Part shown: positions 46,231 through 57,967 of the stretch, piece by piece
Numbering within the stretch: the stretch's first letter is position 1
Layout: each line of letters begins with the position of its first letter
Origin: Hemiscyllium ocellatum
Lineage: Eukaryota
Reading direction: 5' to 3'
DNA length: 64,000 nucleotides
NCBI RefSeq assembly: GCF_020745735.1
Contig: NW_026867525.1
Location: forward strand, 1-64,000
Program-made: the position numbers and the translations under genes
Notes under the pieces: model-generated
The model's database searches: none
The model's input: the letters and a program-made list of their open reading frames with translations, nothing else
Told to the model about the DNA's origin: nothing

Positions 46231-47319
46231 AAAAGGACAAATTTAGAGGGAGATGTGCAGTGTGATTTTCTGTTCTGAGGGTTCTCTCGTCTCTCGGTGT
46301 CCTCCTCTCTGTTACTCACATGACCATGTTGCAATGGGAAGTTTTCTGGCTTGTGTATTTGTGGTGATCCAGACATGTTTGTCAAATGAACGATCAAAAC
46401 TGATGAGAGTTGTTTAGATTTGATTGTGTTTCTCCTGTTTCCCATGAAACTTTCTCCCTTCCCTTTTGTAGGTTAATGTGAAATCTGCCACGTCTGTCCT
46501 TTCAGGGAACACAATCCCAGTCCCTCAGAGCTCCCTGCCATCTGGTTGGAGTTGGGCTGGAAAGTTTCCTCAGAGCAACACTCGCATTCCCTTAAACTAT
46601 TTTTTTAAAATTACTGAAATTGAGTTTTGGCAGATTAGAATCATTCCCTGCTTTTGTAGCAAGTGGTAACAGCAAACCATGCTCTACATGAAAGTGTTCC
46701 TCCTCTTCAAACTCTATTGTATTGACAGTTAGAATGTTTGGGATCCTCGAATGTCTGTAAGTCAGTCAGATCTGCCCCTCTACTATTCATTTAAGGTAAA
46801 AAAAAATTATTTTCCACAATGTCCATTTGAATTTTCATATGTTGTTTAAATTGTGACTTGTTGATTTATCAGGCATATTGTCGATTTTAAAAATCTACAT
46901 TGGGAGTTAGTGTAGCATTGCACTTTGCTGCATTTCCTGTGAAGATGGTACCCAGTTAAACTACCCTGTCTCTCAAACTCTTGTCAACACCTCGTTTATT
47001 TATTTGTTTGATGGCCAGAATTTATTACCCATTCCTAGGTGCTCCCCCCTTGAGAAGGTGGTGGGGAGCTGCTTCCTTGAACCGCTGTAGTCCACCTGCT
47101 GTGGGTTGAGCTACAATGCTATTAAGGAGGGAATTCCAGGATTTAACTTTATTAATCACTCCTTTATGTCTTTATTTGTATTTTAATGATTTAGAAAATT
47201 CCAAACCCAACTCACATTGTCTGGAACAGTAACTTCAATATGAATTCCAGTTCTTTCAAACAATGTAACTTTTTTAAAAAAGTTTTTTTCCTGAATGCAT
47301 TATATTTGATAAAGGTTCC

Positions 47320-48290
47320 TATAAGAACTAGGAGCATGAATAGGCCGTTTGACCCTGCTTTGCCATTCAATAAGGTCATGACTGATCTTTTTGTGGACTC
47401 AGCTCTACTAACCCAGCTGCTCACCATAATCCTTAATTCTTTTACTGTTCAAAAGCCCATTGTTGCCTTAAAAACATTTAAGGAGATAGCCTCAACTGCT
47501 TCACTGGGCAGAGAATTCCAGAGATTCACAACCCTTTGGGTGAAGTAGTTCCTCCTCAACTCAGTCATAAATCTGCTCCCCCTTATTTTCAGGCTGTGCC
47601 CCTTTGTTCCAGTTTCATCTGTCAGTGGAAACAACCTGCTTGCTTCTGTCTTACCTATATTTCTACAAGATCCCCCCACCATCGCTTTTAAAACACTTTT
47701 CAATTTCCAGGCACTAGTTGGAAACTCCATTAATCTTAACCATAATTTTTTTCTGCCACCACTCCTTATCACAAACAAAATATATCTGTTGGAGAGTCTG
47801 CTCCACCATTCAATCATGGCTGAGATGTTTCTCAATCCCATTCTCCTGCCTTCTTCCCTTACCTCTGATCCCGTTACCAGTCAAGAATCTATCTATCTAT
47901 CTCAGGGCTAAATACACCCAATGACTTGGCCTCCCCAGAGTTCTGCATCAATTGCGTTCTGTAGATTTTGGCTGGAGAAATTCCTCCTCATTTCTGTTCT
48001 AAATGATCATCCCTTCATTCTGAGGCTGTGCCCTTGTGTCCCAGTCTCTCCAACTAGTGGAAACATCTCCAAATCCACTATTTCCAGGGGTCTATGTATC
48101 CTGTCAGTTCAAATTAAGTCCAATCTCCACATCCTTTTGAACTCCATGGAGTACACATCCACAGTCCTCAACTGCTCCTCATGTGACAAGTCCTTCATCC
48201 CCAGGTTCATTCTTGTAAACTTCTGCCAACACCAGAATATCCTTATACAGGGGGCCCAAACTGCTCACAATCTTCCAAATGCGATTCCAA
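47320..48290 (-). mobile_element. Two decayed CR1 3' fragments
   Basis: LFPLTDETGTKGHSLKIRG..F.TELRRNYFTQRVVNLWNSLP. Confidence 0.8.
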
Positions 48291-48302
48291 CGAGACAGCA
48301 GA

Positions 48303-48575
48303 GTGCCTCAGTGGTTAGTACTATTGCCAAACAGTGCCAGGGAACAGGGTTTGATTTCAGCCTAGGGCGGCTATCTGTGTGGAGTTTGCACATTCTCTGT
48401 GTCTGTGTGAGTTTCCTCCCATCGTCCAAAGATGTGCAGGTTAGGTGAATTAGCCATGAGAAATGTAAGGATTACAGGGTTAAAGTAGAGAGGAGTGTGT
48501 CTGCGTGGGATATTCTCCAGAGCATCAGTATGGACTCAATGGGCTGACTGGCCGCTTCCACACTAGGGATTCTAC
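48303..48575 (+). mobile_element. Older SINE copy
   Basis: cagtggttagtactattgcc...tgtgtggagtttgcacattctc...ccaaagatgtgcaggttagg. Confidence 0.75.
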
Positions 48576-50197
48576 GAAATACATATTCCTTGTATTTTTC
48601 ATCAGAAGATGAAAAAAACCAAATTTCAAATTAGCCCAGAGAAGGTAGTGGTGTTGGGACACCTGTTGTGCTGTAGGGCAGTTTGATGTGGCTACCAATT
48701 TGTAGGGAAACTTGGGAAAATTTAAGACTGGGGAGAAAAATACAATTTAAATTTTTTCAAAATTGACAAATCTAATAAGCAATTGGGGAAAATTCAAAAC
48801 TGCAAAGAAATCATTTATTTTTTAAAAAAAGTTGATCTGACTCACAGTGAATCTAAATACATTAATTTTAAAATTTAAAATAGGCTCAACTCCCATTTTT
48901 GGGAAAGTGCAGGAGAATTCAAATCTGCAAAATCTCAATCTTTGAAAACAAATTAGCAATCTGACCGACTCAACACAAATCTAATCTTGCTTTTAACATG
49001 CAGTGAGTAGGTTCAGTTATATTCAACTCCCAGGATTGGGACAGTTTGTGTGGGAAGTGTGGGCAAATTCATATCTGTGGAAATTAAGATTTCAACATTT
49101 TTAATCAGTCTGATTTATTAAGAAAAATTAATCTGTGTGGGGGTGGGGGGAGAGAGGAAACTGTGAATAAACTCAAAAGTTAAATCTTGACAAAAATTTT
49201 AACTCACTTTTGTGAGGAACAGTAGTTTGTCATAGCTGCATTTTACAGGGATAAGTGGATGGAAAAGAGACAATTGACATGTCTAATGTGAGCAATGTGG
49301 GGGAGAGGGGGATTAAACCAAAGATTAAATCTGTTTTTCAATTATTATAATATGACTGAGCAAACATTATGATTTTGTGGGGGGGGAGTTTTGAGAGGGG
49401 AGAGTGGTTTGTGATGGTTGCAAATTTTAAAGGGAAGGCGGCTAATTTAAATTCTCCAAATCAAACTGACCAAAGACAAAATACTTTAAACTGATTGAAC
49501 GACACTAGTTGCAAACCATAAAATAACTAAACAAACTACAAAAGGCTCCACTCCCTCTTTGGAGTGAGGTGTTATTGTGGCCATTTTGAAAGGAAATTAA
49601 AACCTGCCAATTCTCTATTTCAAAATGACCCAAAAACTAAACGGTTGAAAATGACAGTGAAATGAAGGAATTGGACACACAAATTCGCAGCAAATTCAGT
49701 ACAAATATTGTTCAAAAAAAACCATGAAAGACCTCACTCTCCTTTAGGGATTGTGGCCAGTGAAAGGAAACACAATTTGCGAATTCCACATTTCAAAATT
49801 AACCAAGCCCCCCCCCCCCCCCACCAAAAAAACATTGGAAATGACTCACTGACATGAGCAAATATTTCCCAACAAACAAAATATGTTTTTAAAAATGTAA
49901 ACATTAAAATATAATTCAATTAAAAATTAGATAAAATAAAACTTAAAATAAGCCATTTAAATTAAAATTACAAAATAAATAAGAATTTTAAATGAGGAAA
50001 TTCACATTAGATTAAGGGAAAATTTATAAATAGAAATTATGCTAAATTGGAAAAAAAATTAGAAAATTAAAGAACTGGAAAATGTGGAAAAGGTAGAAAC
50101 TTTAAGGGAAAATTTTAAAAATTGAAAATTAGCATGAAACAGTCAAATTAACCATAAAAATTAAAACATTAAATAAATGGAAAGAAAAATAGAACAT

Positions 50198-50503
50198 GGG
50201 TGACACAATGGTTAGCACTGCTGCCTCTCAGAGCCAGGGACCAGGGTTCAATTCTCACCTCAGGCAACTGTCTGTGTAGTTTGCACATTCTCCCTGTGTC
50301 TGTGTGGGTTTCCTCTGGGTACTCCGGTTTCCTCCCACAGTCCGAAGATGTGCAGGTTAGGTGAATTGGCCATGGGAAATTGCCCGTAGTGTTAGGTGAA
50401 GGGGTAAATGTAGGGGAATGGGTCTGGGTGGGTTGCGCTTCGGCGGGTCGGTGTGGACTTGTTGGGCCAAAGGGCCTGTTTCCACACTGTAAGTAATCTA
50501 ATC
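50198..50503 (+). mobile_element. tRNA-derived SINE (HE1-like)
   Basis: Full body and tail ...gggcctgtttccacactgtaagtaatctaatc. Confidence 0.9.
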
Positions 50504-51087
50504 ATATGAATGTAAGTTTTAAAATTCAAGAAAATTAATTTTGAAATAATTGAGAGAATGAAAGGCCCTCATTCCCTCCTTTTCTCTTTCCCACCAACCC
50601 CATGTGGCTGCCATGTTGGAATGGAAAGTCCAGAAAATTTGAACGGTCATATTTTTGTTGTTTACTTTACAAAACACACCTATTAAAGATTATTTTGTAG
50701 CTGGTGGAGGGGGGTGTGAATCCATGTTATGAAAAATGAAAAGTAAATAGAAAATGTTATAAATTGGAGAAAATTAAAATTAGAAAATAAAGTAGAAACT
50801 TTAAGGCAAAAACTTAATAGGCAATTAGAAGTTAAAATTAAGAAAATCTGAAATTTAAAATATTAAAATGGAAAATGAATTTTTTTTTAAATGGGATAAA
50901 ATTTGGAAAAAAGTTGAGACTTTAAGATGAAAGTTTAAAAAATAAAATTAACACGGAGTTAAAATCTGAAAATTTAAACATTAAATTGAAAATTGGAAAG
51001 AAAGGTTTCAAATAGAGAACTAACATTTAAGGAGGAGACGAGTACAATTGCAACATTTACAAGGCATCTGGATGTGTATATGAATAG

Positions 51088-51183
51088 GAAGCTGAAAATG
51101 TGTTGCTGGAAAAGCGCAGCAGGTCAGGCAGCATCCAAGGAGCAGGAGAATCGACGTTTCGGGCATGAGCCCTTCTTCAGGAA
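51088..51183 (-). mobile_element. Solo Penelope terminal repeat with a hammerhead core (51153-51180), inserted in a CR1 3' end (51035-51312)
   Basis: Reverse complement of 23597-23682; tatgaatagga occurs on both sides. Confidence 0.8.
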
Positions 51184-52260
51184 CCCTTCTATGAATAGGA
51201 GGGATATGGGCCAAGTGCTGGCAAATGGGTCTCGACTGGGCTGGGATATCTGGTCAGCATGGGCGAGTTGGACTGGAGGGCTGATTCTGTGCTGTGCATC
51301 TCTCTGACTCCAAGTTAATTCATGAAAATCTGTAAATTAAAATGAAAAATTGAAAGAAATTAGAACATTTTTGGAGAAAAACATAACAAGGAAATTGGAG
51401 AAAATTAAAAAATACTTTTTTTAAAAAAAACAAGTAAGTTAACATACTTGAGAGAATTAAATGGGGCAAAGTTTGGAAAATGATAGGCCCCCATTCCCTT
51501 CTTTTCCACCCAAACCCATGAGAAAGATAAAAGTTAAAAGTCACACAACACCAGGTCATAGTTGTGAAAAACAAAGCTCACTCACTTTAATAATTTCAGT
51601 CCGAGACAAGATCTGAATTAGTAGTGTCATTTATTTCACACTTGCAAGTGGGTGTGATGTCCACTGCCCACAAGGCAGGGACAAAACACACACTGAATTC
51701 AACGAATACTCGATATTTATATAATTTGGTTCCTATATATTTTTAAAATTTGATTGTTTCCCCCCCCCTCCCATTTACATCCCCTACTTCCCTAAGACCG
51801 GTACCCATTACTCCTGTTTATCTCTTGCCTTATCCGGCCTTGTCTGTGACAAAATGCTTATTTCTGGCCTCAGAAGGCCGTTTGACCTCATCCTGCTGTG
51901 GGTCATTGTTAGGCATATCCTTTGCTTACCATTATCTACTCCCTCCATCTGTGCTGCCCCTCTCAGCATCTTATCATTAAGACTCTTTTAATTGGGGTTT
52001 GTTCCTGTGTTTCTGTAAAAGTGGGAAACAGATGTTTATACCTACTGTTTGTCCAGGCGTATCTAGCTTAACTGCCTCTCTTCACAGCATCTTATCTAGT
52101 CGCCTGGAATATCTACCATTGTTTTGCAGTCCCATTTCTTCCTTGCAGACATTTTTAGCTAATACAAAAACAATTATGCATTTCCTCCACCGAGTTTCCA
52201 TTCTTGTTGACTCAGCTCTTGGCTGAAACAATTACACACTGGTGTGAGTTTGTTTACTTT

Positions 52261-53006
52261 GTTGTTGTGGTTCTGTTTGCCGAGCTGGGAGTTTTTGTTG
52301 CAAACGTTTTGTCCCCTTTCTAGGTGACATCCTCAGTGCTTGGGAGCCTCCTGTGAAGCGCTTCTGTCATGTTTCCTTCGGCATTTATAGTGGCTTGTCT
52401 CTGCCGCTTCCGGTTGTCAGTTGCTGTCCGCTGCAGTGGCCGGTATATTGGGTCCAGGTCGATGGACTATCGACAAACACATCGACCTGGACCCAATATA
52501 CCGGCCACTGCAGCGGACAGCAACTGACAACCAGAAGCGGCAGAGACACGCCGCTATAAATGCAGAAGGAAACGTGACAGAAGCCCTTCACAGGAGGCTC
52601 TCAGGCACTGAAGCTGTCACCTAGACAGGGGACGAAACGTTTGCAACAAAAACTCCCAGCTCGGCGAACAGAACCACAACAACGCGCACCCGAGCTAGGG
52701 CGGCACGGTGGCACAGTGGTTAGCACTGCTGTCTCACAGCGCCTGAGACCCGGGTTCAATTCCCGACTCAGGCGACTGACTGTGTGGAGTTTGCACATTC
52801 TCCCCGTGTCTGCGTGGGTTTCCTCCGGGTGCTCCAGTTTCCTCCCACCGTCCAAAGATGTGCGGGTCAGGTGAATCGGCCATGCTAAGTTGCCCGTAGT
52901 GTTAGGTAAGAGGTAAATATAGGGGTAGGGGTGGGTTGCGCTTCTTTGGCGGGTCCGAAGGGCCTGTTTCCACACTGTAAGTAATCTAAATCTTCTCCCA
53001 AACTTC
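52261..53006. mobile_element. Penelope 3'-end palindrome (arms 52261-52464 and 52480-52683) with a SINE inserted in its tail
   Basis: Near-perfect ~204-bp inverted repeat; encodes HIDLDPIYRPL, resembling the end of a PLE ORF; gtttactttgt repeated on both flanks. Confidence 0.85.
52698..52988 (+). mobile_element. tRNA-derived SINE (HE1-like), young copy
   Basis: gggcggcacggtggcacagtggttagcactgctgtctcacagcgcc...gggttcaattccc. Confidence 0.92.
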
Positions 53007-53139
53007 GTTTACTTTGTGTAAGCAATTATAATTGCAGAAGTAACGTTACTTTACCTATATCCCGCATAGTCTATGACCTGTTGTGTGATTAAAAAGAAAA
53101 GTTTGTCCAGCCCAGCTCCTCCAAAACATGACATGGGAG

Positions 53140-54048
53140 CCAAGTTGTGGGCGCCATGTTGGAAAGGAGTCAACTTGTGGCCGCCATATTGGAAAGGAGA
53201 GGCGGGAAAATTCAAACCGTCGTCGTTTTCTTCCCCCAGTGAGGAAAAAAATATATATCTATACACACACAAGGCAGACTTATGAGAGATCAGCTTGTAG
53301 GTGGTGGAGGGAGGTGTGAACCCACGTTGCCCTGGCGGATTATCCAGCAGCCAGCCAGCCCTCAGCCATCGCCGCCATTTTGTGGGTGGCGGCGCGCGGG
53401 CAAATTCAAAAATAAACAGCCCCCCAACGGTCAGGCGTCCCCGAGGGAGAGGCGGACGGATCAGGAATAAACAAAGAAAACGTGAATAAACCCGTCTTAT
53501 TTTTTAAAAAAAAGAAATGCAGAGGGGGGGTGGGGGGGTTTGCTTCATTTTGTTTTTTAAGTTTGTAAGGTTGTAGGGAAGCGGCGGTTGGTGCCGTCCG
53601 CCATTTTGTGTGAGGCGGGAAGTTTGAATCTCGAGGCTGTGGGGAGGGGGGGGATTTAATCGATTTATCTCTTTTTCTAAACCCCCTTCCTCCCTTTGTC
53701 CGGGGCCCCCAGTTTCCAGGAGGAGGGCAGGGTGCCGCCTTTTCCCTTTTTATTTTTGTTTTGGGTCTCGAACGCCGTCCTCTCTCGGTCCCGGACTCGG
53801 TGACTACTCGAGCCCGAGGCTTGAGGCCTAAAGGCCGCCCTTCCTCTCCTCCTCCTCCTCCTCCCGGCAGCGCCATCTTTTGCCGGTTCTGGGGACAGGG
53901 TTATACATTTATATAAATATAAATACACACACACACAGACAGACACAGAGGGAGAGGGACCGTGCCGGGGACCGCAGGTGGCCCCGAGGCCTCCGCTTCA
54001 CCCTCAAGCCCCTCGCCCACCTTCCCCGGCCACCGAAGCGGCTCTGAG
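53140..54048. promoter_or_regulatory. CpG-rich promoter with five co-oriented YY1-type motifs and a palindromic TATA element
   Basis: CGCCAT(N)TT at 53152, 53182, 53373, 53599 and 53871; ATTTATATAAAT at 53907-53918; CpG retained relative to the flanks. Confidence 0.75.
53945..54048 (+). other. Putative non-coding first exon of the next + strand gene (possibly DYRK1B by synteny)
   Basis: About 30 nt downstream of TATAAA, ends at GAG|gtgagt (54049); no coding exon seen in the window; human order is FCGBP-FBL-DYRK1B on one strand. Confidence 0.4.
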
Positions 54049-54242
54049 GTGAGTGAATGAGTGTCTCCCTCCTTTCCCTACCCCGCCCTCCTCCTCCTAA
54101 CAGTGTATCTCATCCAGAACGGGCTCTCACTCCGTCTCTGATCAGCAACTGAGTCTCTAAACTCAATCTAACCAGCGACATGGGCTCTAAAATTCAGCAT
54201 GTGATCCATAACGGGGGACTCTAACTCAATAGCTGATCAATA

Positions 54243-54830
54243 TCAGCCTCTCTAACTGGGAATATGATCGATAACAGTGTCTAAATCAGAATCTGATCGA
54301 TACCAGCCTCTCTAACTGAGAATATGATCAATAACAGTCTCTAAATCAGAATCTGATCGATACCAGCCTCTCTAACTGGGAATACGATCAATAACAGTCT
54401 CTAAATCAGAATCTGATCGATACCAGCCTCTCTAACTGGGAATATGATCAATAACAGTCTCTAAATCAGAATCTGATCGATACCAGCCTCTCTAACTGGG
54501 AATACGATCAATAACAGTCTCTAAATCAGAATCTGATCGATACCAGCCTCTCTAACTGGGAATACGATCAATAACAGTCTCTAAATCAGAATCTGATCGA
54601 TACCAGCCTCTCTAACTGGGAATACGATCAATAACAGTCTCTAAATCAGAATCTGATCGATACCAGCCTCTCTAACTGGGTATATGATCAATAACAGTGT
54701 CTAAATCAGAATCTGATCGATACCAGCCTCTCTAACTGGGAATACGATCAATAACAGTCTCTAAATCAGAATCTGATCAATACCAGCCTCTCTAACTGGG
54801 TATATGATCAATAACAGTCTCTAACTCAAT
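54243..54830. repeat. 60-bp tandem repeat (taccagcctctctaactgggaatacgatcaataacagtctctaaatcagaatctgatcga)n
   Basis: About 10 units, each made of two diverged ~30-mers. Confidence 0.96.
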
Positions 54831-55159
54831 TTCTGAATATTTATGGAATCTCTAATTCAGTATGTGATCAGTAACAGAGTTTCTAACTCAGTGTCTGATG
54901 TTCAATATGGGATCTAATTCAATGTCTGACCAATAATGTGGTCTTTCACTCAGTATCTGATCATTGACACGGGCTCTAACTTAGTATCTGGTCATTAATG
55001 TCGAACTCAATATGTGATCAATATATAGCTCCAACTCCATCTCGTCAATAAGAGTCTCTAACTCTGTATCTGATCATTGACAGGGGCTGTCACTCATTGT
55101 CTCATCAATAATAGAATAACATTGTATATGATCAGTAACAGGGTCTTTAACTCTGTGAG

Positions 55160-55376
55160 TAAAAAGTGAAGTCTGCAAATGCTGGAGATCAGAGCTGAAA
55201 ATGTGTTGCTGGTTAAAGCACAGCAGGTCAGGCAGCATCCAAGGAACAGGAAATTCGACGTTACGGGCCAGAGCCTGGTGTCCTGATGAAGGGCTCTGGC
55301 CCGAAACGTCGAATTTCCTGTTCCTTGGATGCTGCCTGACCTGCTGTGCTTTAACCAGCAACACATTTTCAGCTCT
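55160..55376. mobile_element. Short palindromic Penelope terminal-repeat element, hammerhead core on + at 55283-55310
   Basis: Inverted arms; CTGATGA-A-GGGC-TCTG-GCCC-GAAA-CGTC; tctttaactctgtg on both flanks. Confidence 0.87.
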
Positions 55377-55644
55377 TTAACTCTGTGTATGGTCAACAAT
55401 TGGTTCACTAGCTCTGTTCAATCGAGGACGAAGGCTATAACTCTTTAAACTGGTCGATGTCGGACGCTACAACTGGTTGATGATGGAGTGGCTAAATCGG
55501 TCTCTAGTTGATGGCGGGCTGGCTGACTCTGTGCCTGGTAGATAACAGACGCTGTAATTCTTGTACCTGATCGTTGCGGGGTGGCCGACTCTCTGCCTGG
55601 TCGATGACTGGGTCGATAATTTCTGTGTCCGGTCGATGGTGGAG

Positions 55645-57645
55645 GCTATAACTCTGGTGTCGGGTCGACGATGGAGTCGGTTACTCTGGTGTCTGGTCAA
55701 CGATGGAGTCGGTTACTCTAGTGTTGGGTCGACGACGGGGTCGGTTACTCTGGTGTCGGGTCGACGACGGGGTCGGTTACTCTGGTGTCTGGTCGACGAC
55801 GGGGTCGGTTACTCTGGTGTCTGATGGGGTCGGTTACTCTGGTGTCTGGTCGACGACGGGGTCAGTTACTCTGGTGTCTGGTTGACGACGGGGTCGGTTA
55901 CTCTGGTGTCTGATCGATGGGGTCGGTTACTCTGGTGTCTGGTCGACGACGGAGTCGGTTACTCTGCTGTCTGGTTGACGACGGGGTCGGTTACTCTGGT
56001 GTCTGGTCGATGACGGGGTCGGTTACTCTGGTGTCTGGTCGACGATGGAGTCGGTTACTCTGGTGTCTGGTCGACATGGGGTCGGTTACTCTGGTGTCTG
56101 ATCGACATAGGGTCGGTTACTCTGGTGTCTGGTCGACATGGGGTCGGTTACTCTGGTGTCTGATCGACGGGGTCGGTTACTCTGGTGTCTGATTGATGAC
56201 GGGGTTGGTTACTCTGGTGTCTGGTCGATGACGGGGTCGGTTACTCTGGTGTCTGGTCGATGACGGGGTCGGTTACTCTGGTGTCTGGTCGATGACGGGG
56301 TCGGTTACTCTGGTGTCTGGTCGATGACAGGGTCGGTTACTCTGGTGTCTGATCGATGGGGTCGGTTACTCTGGTGTCTGGTCAATGACGGGGTCGGTTA
56401 CTCTGGTGTCTGATCGACGACGGCGTCGGTTACTCTGGTGTCTGATTGATGATGGGGTCGGTTACTCTGGTGTCTGATCGATGGGGTCGCTTACTCTGGT
56501 GTCTGGTCGACGACGGGGTCGGTTACTCTGGTGTCTGATTGACGACGGGGTCGGTTACTCTGGTGTCTGATCGACGACGGCGTCGGTTACTCTGGTGTCT
56601 GATTGATGACGGGGTCGGTTACTCTGGTGTCTGATCGATGGGGTCGGTTACTCTGGTGTCTGGTCGACGACGGGGTCGGTTACTCTGGTGTCTGGTTGAT
56701 GACGGGGTCGGTTACTCTGGTGTCTGATCGATGGGGTCGGTTACTCTGGTGTCTGGTCGACGACGGGGTCGGTTACTCTGGTGTCTGATCGATGACGGGG
56801 TCGGTTACTCTGGTGTCTGGTTGATGACGGGGTCAGTTACTCTGGTGTCTGATCGATGGGGTCGGTTACCCTGGTGTCTGGTTGATGACGGGGTCAGTTA
56901 CTCTGGTGTCTGATCGATGGGGTCGGTTACCCTGGTGTCTGGTTGACGACGGGGTCGCTTACTCTGGTGTCTGGTCGACGACGGGGTCGCTTACTCTGGT
57001 GTCTGGTCGACGACGGGGTCGGTTACTCTGGTGTCTGATCGATGGGGTCGGTTACCCTGGTGTCTGGTTGATGACGGGGTCGGTTACTCTGGTGTCTGGT
57101 TGACGACGGGGTCGCTTACTCTGGTGTCTGGTCGACGACGGGGTCGCTTACTCTGGTGTCTGGTCGACGACGGGGTCGGTTACTCTGGTGTCTGATCGAT
57201 GGGGTCGGTTACCCTGGTGTCTGGTTGATGACGGGGTCGGTTACTCTGGTGTCTGGTCGACGACGGAGTCGGTTACTCTGGTGTCTGGTCGATGATGGGG
57301 TCGGTTACTCTGGTGTCTGGTCGACGACGGGGTCGCTTACTCTGGTGTCTGGTCGACGACGGGGTCGGTTACTCTGGTGTCTGATCGATGGGGTCGGTTA
57401 CCCTGGTGTCTGGTTGATGACGGGGTCGGTTACTCTGGTGTCTGGTCGACGACGGAGTCGGTTACTCTGGTGTCTGGTCGATGATGGGGTCGGTTACTCT
57501 GGTGTCTGGTCAATGACGGGGTCGGTTACTCTGGTGTCTGATCGATGGGGTCGGTTACTCTGGTGTCTGATCGACGACGGCGTCGGTTACTCTGGTGTCT
57601 GGTCGACGACGGGGTCGGTTACTCTGGTGTCTGGTCGATTACTCT
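55645..57645. repeat. 28-31 bp CpG-rich minisatellite (ggggtcggttactctggtgtctggtcgacgac)n
   Basis: Over 60 tandem units. Confidence 0.97.
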
Positions 57646-57967
57646 GTGTGTTTACGTTTACTCATACTGAAGCCCTATCCATATGGGTGTTTATTGAATT
57701 TTTGAACTTTGCAACAACTCTGTACTTCTAAACTAAATTCTCCTAATGATTGTGTGTGTAAGATATGCCATGTTTGTTCTCATTGGACTAAATGTATTGA
57801 TTCTGTAACTATCTGCATGTGGAAGTCGTCAGATCAAAAATGGGGAGCGGGTAGATTAAATAAAGTTATGGTTTGGGTACCAAAATATATTGTTGAAAAT
57901 TGGTCCTGTGTAATTATCAATAAATAGACCATCTGTAGCTCATTGAAATCAGGCATTTAAATGCAAA

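Noticed and set aside
52698-52790. tRNA genes (A/B boxes here and at other SINE heads)
   Set aside because: Each continues into the SINE body and tail and lacks a proper cloverleaf.
53406-53876. 156-aa minus-strand ORF MALPGGGGGGEEG...
   Set aside because: Low complexity with no recognisable domain; the ATG is part of a YY1 motif in a GC-rich promoter.
46500-54000. MALAT1/NEAT1-like lncRNA suggested by the A/U-rich domain
   Set aside because: I found no U-rich/A-rich triple-helix motif or mascRNA-like structure on either strand; the tRNA-like stretch at ~60890-60930 is a SINE head.
55645-57645. CRISPR-like array of constant repeats with variable gaps (also 7030-9580)
   Set aside because: The variable parts are only 5-9 nt variants of one another, there are no unique spacers or cas genes, and the context is eukaryotic.
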